From positions 1-33,924 of IMG/VR virus record IMGVR_UViG_3300011337_000065: a stretch of 33,924 nt of DNA, one strand, 5' to 3'. Shown in pieces: positions 7,966 to 16,027 of the stretch. This stretch comes from a virus. Its lineage: Duplodnaviria > Caudoviricetes. The notes under the pieces are model-generated. The model saw nothing but the letters and a program-made list of their open reading frames with translations, had not been told where the DNA came from and searched no databases. Each line of letters starts with the position of its first letter. The stretch's first letter is position 1. A program made the translations under genes and the position numbers.

Positions 7966-9395
7966 TTAGCCCCCACGGATTGCTTGTATGCGCTCCACTG
8001 AGCATCAGTGAAATTCGCAGGACGAGTGTAAGTCTGACCACCAACTGTCACACTATTTGGTGATGGTGTTGCTGGCGCTGCCGCTGTCTCAGGCCCAAAC
8101 ACGTTTTCAGGATTGAGTCGGTAATTTTTGACCACCACACCAAGTGCAGTCTTGTCTTCGCCTGCTTTTTTCTGGGCTGAGTCCAGATATTGCTTGGCCA
8201 GATTGACATACTCTTGGCGCTGTTTTGAATCAAGCGCAAAGAGCTGACCGCTTTGCAGTTTCTGTGATGTGTTAAGCAGTCTCTCGTACAAACCTGCGGT
8301 ATCGCGTGCTGTTGCAAATTCTGTCTCACGCACCACTGAGCCTGGATCAAGCATTTTCATGAATCCGGTGATAAGTGCAATGTCGCCTGGGCCGTTCTTG
8401 GCCTCTGCCGAAGATTTGATGTTGTTGAATGTGGTACCCAATTCGCCATACACCTTGGTGCGGCCTTGGAATTCTTTGCGCAGTTTTTCTTCCTGCTCAA
8501 ATGTCTTGGCCGGGTCGAGGCCACCAGTGGATTTGAGTGCTTCCAATTCGAGTGCAGCTTTTGCAGTTTCCACACCGAGCTTTTTGGTCTGAGCCAATGC
8601 CGAGCCAGTCTGTGCAGATGTCAAACCAAGATCAGCGGCTTTCTTTTTAAGGTCTGCCAGTGTGATCTGTTCTGCAAACTTGGCATCGACTTGAGCTTTT
8701 TGTGCGTCTGCCGTTGCTTTTGCTGCATCAGCGGCTGCTTTCTCTGCTGCGTTGGTGGCGGTGGCCTGTGCTGTGATGGCATCAGCCACGGCTTTATCGG
8801 CCTTTGCTCTGGCATCAATCAATTCAGCTGGCGCTTTAGCTTCAGCTCTGCCTGTCGAAAGTGTTTTGTCAACATTCTCAAGCAGTTCTTTTCCACCAGG
8901 CAATGTGGCCATCATCAATCCGATGGTGGTCTGTGCACCAGTAGGATTCATGTCAATCAGTTGCAAATAAGTTTCAGTGGCTTTTGCCTCTTGTTCTTTG
9001 CCAGAATTTCGAAATGCATCTGCCTGCTCTTTAAGCAGGTTTTTTGCAATGTCAGTTTGGCCAGACTTCATGGCTGCATAGACTTGGCCAGACTGTTGCA
9101 GGCGGTTTTGCTGCTGGGAAGATGACATCAGATCAAACGACTTGCGCACGTTTTCTGCTTGATCTTTTGGAAGCATGGCAGAGACGCGAGCAAAGTCGGT
9201 GGCGGTTGCATTTGGGTTTCCAAACAGAGTTTTGAGTTCTGTCTGAGCCTTCATTGCCTGTTCGCGTGCTTGTGCTTGTGCCTGTGCTTCTGCACCGGCT
9301 GCACCAAGTTTGAAGCCACCGAGTGCGGCCTCAAATGGGCTTTGCACCTCGACTGCGTAGTTGATTGGTGCTTGGAATGGGTTGATGCCTGCCAT
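7962..9395 (-). CDS. DNA-ejection protein, P22 gp20 position
   Basis: 477 aa, Ala/Gln-rich and helical, with MLDPGSVVRETEF motif. Assigned mainly by synteny. Confidence 0.7.
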   Translation of the reverse strand: MAGINPFQAPINYAVEVQSPFEAALGGFKLGAAGAEAQAQAQAREQAMKAQTELKTLFGNPNATATDFARVSAMLPKDQAENVRKSFDLMSSSQQQNRLQQSGQVYAAMKSGQTDIAKNLLKEQADAFRNSGKEQEAKATETYLQLIDMNPTGAQTTIGLMMATLPGGKELLENVDKTLSTGRAEAKAPAELIDARAKADKAVADAITAQATATNAAEKAAADAAKATADAQKAQVDAKFAEQITLADLKKKAADLGLTSAQTGSALAQTKKLGVETAKAALELEALKSTGGLDPAKTFEQEEKLRKEFQGRTKVYGELGTTFNNIKSSAEAKNGPGDIALITGFMKMLDPGSVVRETEFATARDTAGLYERLLNTSQKLQSGQLFALDSKQRQEYVNLAKQYLDSAQKKAGEDKTALGVVVKNYRLNPENVFGPETAAAPATPSPNSVTVGGQTYTRPANFTDAQWSAYKQSVGAK

Positions 9396-9407
9396 ATTGT
9401 TTTCCTT

Positions 9408-10058
9408 TTAGAACCCGAAGCCAATGCCAGCCTTGCCACCTGCACCGTACTGGAAGCCCAACATTTGAGCTGGCAGATTAAACAACTGACCATAGGCTTT
9501 GGCTTGGCCAAGTTCACCACCAGCTTGTGCTGCACCTTGCTGAGCAAGCAGATTGGCCACGTTGGTGCCTGACTCCATGCCAGCAGCACCAACACCGGCA
9601 GCAGATCGCTGTCCAAGTTGCGTCATGCCACCCAATCGGCCATATTGCTGCTCAATAAGGCTGGACAGGAGCTGAGGACGAAATTGAGCCAATGCGCCTT
9701 GGATGTTGCCACCACGCAGGCCACCAGTGGCTGATGCACGCTGGAGCAATGCTTCCTCGCCTTGACTGGCAAGTGCTTGGAATGTCTCACCACCTTTGAT
9801 GCGCTCAATGGCTGCACGTTCTGCCTCTGGGCCTTGTAGACCAAGGAATGCTTGCTGTGCTTCAAGTGCTGGCAATCCTGCTTCTGTGTAAGGCTTGAGT
9901 AATGCTTGCAATGCATCGAATTGCCTGCGCTGTTCTTCAATGCCTGCTTGAGCTGCACCGGCTTGAATGCCTGCGGCTTCACCAGCAGCGCTTGCCTGCA
10001 TTGAACTTCCGATAAGTTGGCTTCCACCAACGACTAGGGCGGTTATTGGATCAGGCAT
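9408..10058 (-). CDS. DNA-ejection protein, P22 gp7-like
   Basis: 216 aa, Gly/Ala/Gln-rich, with ASATGGLRGGN motif typical of gp7-like proteins. Confidence 0.8.
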   Translation of the reverse strand: MPDPITALVVGGSQLIGSSMQASAAGEAAGIQAGAAQAGIEEQRRQFDALQALLKPYTEAGLPALEAQQAFLGLQGPEAERAAIERIKGGETFQALASQGEEALLQRASATGGLRGGNIQGALAQFRPQLLSSLIEQQYGRLGGMTQLGQRSAAGVGAAGMESGTNVANLLAQQGAAQAGGELGQAKAYGQLFNLPAQMLGFQYGAGGKAGIGFGF

Positions 10059-10500
10059 TGCCGAACTCCTTCATGTAGTCTTCAAATGTTTCGCCATATA
10101 ACTCCATGACCAAGTGAGCATTTTTTGTGGCAAAGCCTGGGCCATGCGTAAGCGATACGGCCATCAGGATTAGGTCATAGTAGCCTGCACGCCAGACGAA
10201 TGATCTGGCATCAGCCTCGCCTGCACGTTCTGCTTGGTCGGAGGCTTGCCACTTCAAGATCATGGCAGCGAGCAATGGCACAAGATGGTGGCTATGGGTA
10301 ATAAAAAATTGGTTTTGATGCATGCCCACCAGAGTGTTCCAGATGGTCGCATTCAGGTCTTTGCGCTCAACCGTGTCGCCATCGGCAACATCGTCAAACA
10401 CCTGAATGGCATCGTAGACCATGACAAGCCATTCCACGACTGGCGCAGGCAGCAGAAGAACCCTTTGCAGATTCTCTTTGAGCCAATCGATACCAGTCAT
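10051..10500 (-). CDS. Helical protein with DDxxD motif (isoprenoid-synthase-like?), in the gp14 position
   Basis: AGGAG RBS at 10507-10511, ATG at 10500, QVFDDVADGD motif. Overlaps the gp7-like start by 8 nt. The ORF is solid but the function is speculative. Confidence 0.7.
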   Translation of the reverse strand: MTGIDWLKENLQRVLLLPAPVVEWLVMVYDAIQVFDDVADGDTVERKDLNATIWNTLVGMHQNQFFITHSHHLVPLLAAMILKWQASDQAERAGEADARSFVWRAGYYDLILMAVSLTHGPGFATKNAHLVMELYGETFEDYMKEFGNA

Positions 10501-10578
10501 GCGCAACTCCTATTCAGGGTGAGCTGCTGGTGGCCCGATAGACTCAGCGCCTTTATTTTCCCACATTTTGACATTTGG

Positions 10579-10980
10579 TCAATCTTCCATTTCAAATTCA
10601 CGTTCTTCCCATGCCTGGCATACGCGCAGATCGTGGCAGATGAACTCGAATTTGGTGCAGTAACCACGGAAACCAGCATCGGTATCCCACTCATTGCGGG
10701 GGATGCGCTCCATCTTGGCCTGTGTCATGGTGCTGTTGTCGTAGTACTCGCAGTTCGAGCAGCGACGACGACGAGCCTCTTTTTCGTCCACTTGCATGGC
10801 CTTGCCAACTGCGATCCAGTAGGTCTTGTTGGCCGTTGGCTCATTGCTTGGATTCTCTGGGCCAAGCATCCAGTCGTCTATGACGATCTGGGTGTTCTTC
10901 TTGTTCTCGGCTGTGGTGATGAATTCCTCATCCATCGGCAGGCCCATAAAGCCTTTTGGCATCATCATGAATTTGTCCAT
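10579..10980 (-). CDS. Cys-rich metal-binding protein (HiPIP-like Cys spacing)
   Basis: AAGGAG RBS. CSNCEYY...GYCTKF...VCQAW. Confidence 0.7.
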   Translation of the reverse strand: MDKFMMMPKGFMGLPMDEEFITTAENKKNTQIVIDDWMLGPENPSNEPTANKTYWIAVGKAMQVDEKEARRRRCSNCEYYDNSTMTQAKMERIPRNEWDTDAGFRGYCTKFEFICHDLRVCQAWEEREFEMED

Positions 10981-10994
10981 GCTGTTCTCCTTGA

Positions 10995-11330
10995 TTAAGT
11001 GATTTCGCGACCAGATGCGCGGATGGTCAGCGATGTGGCTGCGCTGGCAATGGTTGAGATGAAGCTGCCAGACTCAAGCGCTTGGCCAACCAGCTCTGGG
11101 CAGGTGTAGGTCTCGTCTGGTGCAATGGCGCGAGTGTCAATGATCAAATTGGATACGCCTGCACTTCCACCACTTGTCACCAAGTTGACGCTGATCGTCA
11201 CATTGGTGGTGTTTGTGTTGGTGATCGTGAACTTGTCAATGATCGCCTTGCAGTTTACAGCTGTGTACTGCGTGGTCTGGGCGCTCTCGGCCTGCTTTGG
11301 TGGGATCAGCACCTTGATTGATACGGTCAT
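10995..11330 (-). CDS. Small beta-sandwich virion protein, paralog A
   Basis: AAGGAG RBS, ATG at 11330. Aligns by eye with the adjacent gene. Confidence 0.7.
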   Translation of the reverse strand: MTVSIKVLIPPKQAESAQTTQYTAVNCKAIIDKFTITNTNTTNVTISVNLVTSGGSAGVSNLIIDTRAIAPDETYTCPELVGQALESGSFISTIASAATSLTIRASGREIT

Positions 11331-11340
11331 TTCATTCTCC

Positions 11341-11676
11341 TTATGTGGCTTCGCCACCGCTGGCGATGATGGTGAGGCCTGCGGATGCGGCCTGAATCTG
11401 AATGGTGTCGCCTGCGTTTAGCACCTCGATGCCGTTGTATTGCAGAGCGTTGTTCGCTGGTACTGACACATCGTACAAGAATGCATTGCTTGTGCCTGCC
11501 GAGCCTGCGGATGGCACAAAGAACACGCGCACGTTGATGGCTGCTGCCGTGGTGTTGGCAATGCTGAATTCTTTGACAAGCGTGCGAGTGCTGGCCGGTA
11601 CGGTGTACAGCGTGGTCACGCCTGTCGTGATGGCCGCTTGGCCAAGTTTTGTGGGTGTGATTACATCGAAAGCCAT
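11341..11676 (-). CDS. Small beta-sandwich virion protein, paralog B
   Basis: 111 aa. Shares TT.YT, F.I.NT, GSAG.SN and LTI.ASG.E.T with paralog A. Confidence 0.7.
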   Translation of the reverse strand: MAFDVITPTKLGQAAITTGVTTLYTVPASTRTLVKEFSIANTTAAAINVRVFFVPSAGSAGTSNAFLYDVSVPANNALQYNGIEVLNAGDTIQIQAASAGLTIIASGGEAT

Positions 11677-12686
11677 GTGAGCACCAAGTTAGATTTGACG
11701 GACGCTGGAAGACTTGAGGATGGCACTGGGCCGTTTTCCCAGCGCAACTGGACTCCATCGTAAACCAGCACATCACCATTGGCAGGTGTTGGCGCATAAA
11801 CGTCGGACAGCTGGCTTACTGAAGGAATGGCTGAAACTCTGACAAAAACAGATCCAGAGCCTCCAGACCCAGCATTGACAACTGAAGCAACTACCACATG
11901 TGGCGTAGGAGCTTGTGGCAAGTTCTTGGTCAGTCCACCTGCAAACGATGGGTTGTAGTACAAGATGTCACCGTCTGCCCAGACCTCACCATACGGTGTG
12001 CCGGTGGTGTTGAATCCTCGAACCAGACCAAAGCTGGAGACCAGACCAAATCCATTGTTTGCGATGGCTTCTGCGGCCACACCCATGATAAGCTGGCCAT
12101 TGGTCACGCCAGTCGATGGCTTGCCTTTGAGCACGCCAGAAGCGCCAACAGCGCCATCAAACATGACCAGCTGGCCTTTGGCAATGGCTGCCGATGCCTT
12201 GATGTAGTAGTACTGAGACTCGCCAATGGCTTGATTGACACTTGGTGTCATTTCAAGGTTGAGCGTGTAGCCACCGTTCCAATGCATCCGGCCAACCTTC
12301 ACGGCTGGAGATGGTGTGGTGGTATTGAAGTCGATGTAGTCGGTTACCACCGAGTTGTTGTTCTCGATTGCTGGCGCAGTTGCAATTAGCTCAAGCATTT
12401 GAGCCAGGCGAGGGATGGCATCCAATGCTTGCTGCACTTTGGAATTGAGCACTGCGTCCTCGACTGCGGTGTCCTGTGCCAATGCACTGAGTTGCGCAAG
12501 CGCCTCGTTTGCCGTGGCCGCTGCCGTGTCTGCTTGATACTCAAAGTCGGTTCCGACAATAACCTGAAGCTCATCCACAGCGGCAAACAACAGTTCGAAC
12601 TGCCTGATCTGTTGCTGATCAGTCAAAAACTGCGCGAGCTGGTCTCGCGTCAGATTAAGTTTGCGGGATGTTGGTGCGGTTGCCAT
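11661..12686 (-). CDS. Tail needle/plug-like protein (P22 gp26 position)
   Basis: Follows the gp10-like gene. N-terminal coiled coil, then a beta-rich domain and an SQLSDV...NGDVLVYDG...WEN fibre-type motif. Confidence 0.55.
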   Translation of the reverse strand: MATAPTSRKLNLTRDQLAQFLTDQQQIRQFELLFAAVDELQVIVGTDFEYQADTAAATANEALAQLSALAQDTAVEDAVLNSKVQQALDAIPRLAQMLELIATAPAIENNNSVVTDYIDFNTTTPSPAVKVGRMHWNGGYTLNLEMTPSVNQAIGESQYYYIKASAAIAKGQLVMFDGAVGASGVLKGKPSTGVTNGQLIMGVAAEAIANNGFGLVSSFGLVRGFNTTGTPYGEVWADGDILYYNPSFAGGLTKNLPQAPTPHVVVASVVNAGSGGSGSVFVRVSAIPSVSQLSDVYAPTPANGDVLVYDGVQLRWENGPVPSSSLPASVKSNLVLTWLSM

Positions 12687-14095
12687 CAGAATGCCAATGC
12701 CTCGATCTGGGCTTCAAGACGAACGAATGACACATGAGCATTGCTGTCACCACGGAAGCGCTGGATGCGCCAGTTGCGCATGTGGCCCTGCTGAAACCAT
12801 GCCAAGCGCTTGACGGTGTTTCCAGTCGTGCCAACTGTGATGCTTTTGTCTTGGCTCCAAGATTTTCCATCCACGCTGTAGCTGGTGCTGATCTGTGGAT
12901 TTGTGCCAAGTGCCACGTTGCCGGTCAGACTCACCAGCTCCATCTCATTGAAGATTGCGCCATTGCTCTCGTTGTAGACGATGAGCGTGCCAAATTCCCA
13001 GCGCACCTGCTGGCCCCAGTGATGGCCAGTGCTTTGCACAAAGTATCCGATTGAGCTGGATTGAGGATCGCCAACCAGCCACTTGTCATAGCACCAGACC
13101 ATATTGCGTGCTCTGTACTGTGAAAATCCAACCACGGTGCTTGTGAGGGTGAACCAGACTTGCTCACCAAGCGCCTCAGATGCCGATGCATCATAAACCA
13201 CTGTGCGGTCTGGCAGATGAACATAGAGATGCTCATGATTCTTGTCGTTGCGTGCTTCGAGCTTGACTGTGGCCAGTTGCACTTCTGTGTATTGCAGAAG
13301 CAGGTTATCGATTTCCTGCGTGCTAATTTTTTGAGTTGTTGCTGCCGCACCGACATAAATGCCTGGCGCTTCATTGCGTCCACCACCCAAGAATGCAATG
13401 CGATCAATATAGACGCAACATCCAAACGTGCCGATCACGCCTTTTTGTACTTGGGCACCTTCAATGCGTGCGAATGGGAATAGTTCACCACCTACGTTGT
13501 CGAACACTTCAATGGTATTGCGATTGAGTGCATAGATTTCGTTTCGCAGTTTGAGCAATGCAACCACTGGATCGGGGTCTGCCTCTGAGCTTCCATACTT
13601 GATTGGGTTGACCTGAGTAGGGTCTGAGAGTTCTGTGACGATCAAGTACTGGCCATCGGTGGTCATGAAGTAACCATCCACCCACACCACATCAAGAACA
13701 AGTCCCAAGTCTGGATCAGTTACTTGTAAAAGTCCAAGCGATGCGCTCCAGTAGTACAAGCGTCCACCAGATGCAATAGCCAGTCTGTCGAAGCTGTAGT
13801 CCATTGTCACCAGCTCATTGACTGGCCCACCGACATCGCCTAATGTGGTCACTGCACCATTGCTGGCCACGGACACCAGCTTGGTGCCCATGACTCGATA
13901 GCAGATTCCATTCCAGTTGATGCCGCCACGGTCAGTGCCTGGGCCTGTTCCGTTGGCAACGATGCCGTCGCCTGGGCGTAGGAAGCCATTGCTGATGCCA
14001 GACTTCTTTGGAACTGGCACCAGATTGACTGGATAGGCAGTGCGCAACTCTGGCGTGTTGTCAGCGTAGATGCCGTTTAGGATTGGGATTTGCAT
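12686..14095 (-). CDS. Tail hub / packaged-DNA stabilization protein (P22 gp10-like)
   Basis: 469-aa beta-propeller-like sequence with AYPVNLVPVPK...SNGFLRPG, DGYF and SSEADPDP motifs. Synteny matches. Confidence 0.85.
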   Translation of the reverse strand: MQIPILNGIYADNTPELRTAYPVNLVPVPKKSGISNGFLRPGDGIVANGTGPGTDRGGINWNGICYRVMGTKLVSVASNGAVTTLGDVGGPVNELVTMDYSFDRLAIASGGRLYYWSASLGLLQVTDPDLGLVLDVVWVDGYFMTTDGQYLIVTELSDPTQVNPIKYGSSEADPDPVVALLKLRNEIYALNRNTIEVFDNVGGELFPFARIEGAQVQKGVIGTFGCCVYIDRIAFLGGGRNEAPGIYVGAAATTQKISTQEIDNLLLQYTEVQLATVKLEARNDKNHEHLYVHLPDRTVVYDASASEALGEQVWFTLTSTVVGFSQYRARNMVWCYDKWLVGDPQSSSIGYFVQSTGHHWGQQVRWEFGTLIVYNESNGAIFNEMELVSLTGNVALGTNPQISTSYSVDGKSWSQDKSITVGTTGNTVKRLAWFQQGHMRNWRIQRFRGDSNAHVSFVRLEAQIEALAF

Positions 14096-14098
14096 GGC

Positions 14099-14383
14099 TT
14101 ACCACTTGACGCGATTTGACCAGTATGCTGCGCTCATCTTGCCCTTGGCAATGTTCTCAGCGTGTCTGGCCTTGAATGATTCTCGACGGGTCTTGTCTGC
14201 TTTGGACTCGCCTTCCTTCTTCGGAGACCCAGACACGCCTTGCTGACCAAAGCGAATGGTTTTCACTTGGTCGCCTTCCTTGGCCACAACAACGTGGCTT
14301 TTGGTTGGATGCGATGGCGTGCGCTTGGGCTTGTTGTAGCCTTCCACGCCAACGCGAGCAAGTCTTGAGTCTTTGGTGGCCAT
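14099..14383 (-). CDS. Small basic protein (94 aa)
   Basis: ATG at 14383. K/R-rich: KTIRFGQQG...RRESFKARH...SAAYWS. Confidence 0.7.
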   Translation of the reverse strand: MATKDSRLARVGVEGYNKPKRTPSHPTKSHVVVAKEGDQVKTIRFGQQGVSGSPKKEGESKADKTRRESFKARHAENIAKGKMSAAYWSNRVKW

Positions 14384-14384
14384 G

Positions 14385-14840
14385 TTAGGCAACCCTATAC
14401 CAGCTGTTGGTGGCTTGGTAGAAACGCATCGTGAAGAATGCATTGGCTGCCAGTGTTGTTGGTGCACCAAATGCATTGGCCGCGCCATTGACCGCCAGCG
14501 TGAAGCTGGTGATGATTTGGGTGGTGGTGATCAGCACTTGAGTACCGTCTGGTACGCCAGTGTTCAATGGCAAAGTGACTGTACCTGCGGCCAATGTGCC
14601 AGCAGGCTGAATGACCATCCACTGCTGCTCGCTGGTTGGCGTTGGCACTGTGATGTTGAAGCCAGTGCCTGGTGTGTAGAGGTTTGTGGCTACTGTTGGG
14701 GCCGCAAATGTCTGCTCAAAGTATTGCAACAATTGCGTGATCGAAACCTTCCGAGCATCACCATTGTTGGAGACATAAACCGGAATAAGATCACCGCCAG
14801 AGACTTGGCTGATGCCTGCGAGTTGATTGATAGTTGGCAT
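14385..14840 (-). CDS. Hypothetical beta-rich virion protein
   Basis: 151 aa, GAGGA RBS, Thr-rich, between the gp4-like and gp10-like genes. Confidence 0.7.
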   Translation of the reverse strand: MPTINQLAGISQVSGGDLIPVYVSNNGDARKVSITQLLQYFEQTFAAPTVATNLYTPGTGFNITVPTPTSEQQWMVIQPAGTLAAGTVTLPLNTGVPDGTQVLITTTQIITSFTLAVNGAANAFGAPTTLAANAFFTMRFYQATNSWYRVA

Positions 14841-14852
14841 GATTGTGATTCC

Positions 14853-15335
14853 TCAGTTGAATTCGAGTGGGCCATCTTGACCGGCCAAGACTGGATCGAC
14901 TGGCGGACGGATGAAGGGGTTGTCGTAGATGCGCCAAGGCTTGTTGCCTGCGCCTGCTGGCATTGTGCTTGGCAGTTGTTGCTCCATTGGCATGGCTGCG
15001 CGTGACAGAAGCGTGTTGTACGATTCTTTGGCCGTGGCTTTGGTGTCAGGCATGACCTGCTTGCCATAGCTTGGTGCCAGCTTGATGGCCAAGTTTGTGT
15101 AGATGGCCTCGTTTGAGCTGTCAGGCACATTGGTCTGCTCATCCAGATCGCTGTCTTGGGGGCTGGATGGCAGTGGATAACCAAGGCGAATGCCAAGGGC
15201 ATTCCATGCGGCAATCATGGTGTCCAGCCTGCGCAGGGCAGACTGCAACTGCTCTGGGGTCAGATCAAAGACGTAGGAGGCAAGGCCAATTTCCTCGAAG
15301 GCCTGTGTGACGAATTGGCGCTTTGTCCATCCCAT
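14853..15335 (-). CDS. Head-tail adaptor (P22 gp4-like)
   Basis: TK...V..AF.EIG...L.RLD.M...W...GI.LGY...NLAIKLAPSYG...MPAGAGNK pattern. Confidence 0.85.
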   Translation of the reverse strand: MGWTKRQFVTQAFEEIGLASYVFDLTPEQLQSALRRLDTMIAAWNALGIRLGYPLPSSPQDSDLDEQTNVPDSSNEAIYTNLAIKLAPSYGKQVMPDTKATAKESYNTLLSRAAMPMEQQLPSTMPAGAGNKPWRIYDNPFIRPPVDPVLAGQDGPLEFN

Positions 15336-15336
15336 G

Positions 15337-15630
15337 TCATTCTCCTGTGTTCTCAGACAATCTGTCTTGGATCAATTGTCCCAGTTTTTTGTCTTTTGTG
15401 CGACCGTCGAAACGAATTCCTAATTCTGTCGCCTTTGTCTCAAGTTCCTCGCGGGTTGGCAATGCATCGTCTTCTGGCACGATTTCCTGTGCTTCTGTGG
15501 CCTGTGCTGCCGCCTCAGCTTGCTCGCGCAGCAATCGGTGGTTGATACCGTCGATTGGCTTGGATGGCTTGCGCACTTTCACTGGCTTTTTGTTTTTGCG
15601 ATACCTTGGCATGAGAATGATGTCTTGCAT
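15337..15630 (-). CDS. Hypothetical protein with basic N-terminus and C-terminal HeH/LEM-like helices
   Basis: TGATG overlap with the upstream gene. C-terminal TREELETKATELGIRFDGRTKDKKL. Confidence 0.65.
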   Translation of the reverse strand: MQDIILMPRYRKNKKPVKVRKPSKPIDGINHRLLREQAEAAAQATEAQEIVPEDDALPTREELETKATELGIRFDGRTKDKKLGQLIQDRLSENTGE

Positions 15631-15806
15631 CACTTGGCCTTTCTTTTCATGGGCTTTGCTGTTTTCGCTGCTGCTTTAAATGCTGCGGCAGTAGGTGCAC
15701 CCTTGGTGCCAGGCTTGCGCATGCGCTCAGGCGTTTTGCCTGCGGCCTTCTGGTCTGCAATGCGCTCACGCTTGGCGTGAATGTTGGCGTACAAACCTGC
15801 CTTCAT
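15630..15806 (-). CDS. Small Lys/Ala-rich basic protein, 58 aa (not in ORF track)
   Basis: Hand translation gives MKAGLYANIHAKRERIADQKAAGKTPERMRKPGTKGAPTAAAFKAAAKTAKPMKRKAK*. Start and stop overlap both neighbours. Confidence 0.8.
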   Translation of the reverse strand: MKAGLYANIHAKRERIADQKAAGKTPERMRKPGTKGAPTAAAFKAAAKTAKPMKRKAK

Positions 15807-15973
15807 TTCATGGCCTTTTTTGGCGCTTTACTGGGTTTGCCTGCGGCCTTGGCTGCTTTGGTGGCCACATTCAATGCGATGGCCACGGCCTGCTTCATTG
15901 GCTTGCCGGACTTCTTTTCCATCTTGATGTTCTTGCCGATGGACTTGCTCGAATAACCTTTTGTCAATGGCAT
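15803..15973 (-). CDS. Small Lys-rich basic protein, 56 aa (not in ORF track)
   Basis: AGGAG RBS. MPLTKGYSSKSIGKNIKMEKKSGKPMKQAVAIALNVATKAAKAAGKPSKAPKKAMK*. Confidence 0.8.
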   Translation of the reverse strand: MPLTKGYSSKSIGKNIKMEKKSGKPMKQAVAIALNVATKAAKAAGKPSKAPKKAMK

Positions 15974-15987
15974 GGTGTGCTCCTATT

Positions 15988-16011
15988 GAGAAAGGGGGGC
16001 CGAAGCCCCCC
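15988..16011 (-). terminator. Intrinsic terminator-like hairpin after the coat gene
   Basis: GGGGGGC-TTCG-GCCCCCC-TTTCTC: 7-bp GC stem, UUCG tetraloop and a short U tract. Confidence 0.75.
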
Positions 16012-16027
16012 AGTCTGTTTTGCTGGA

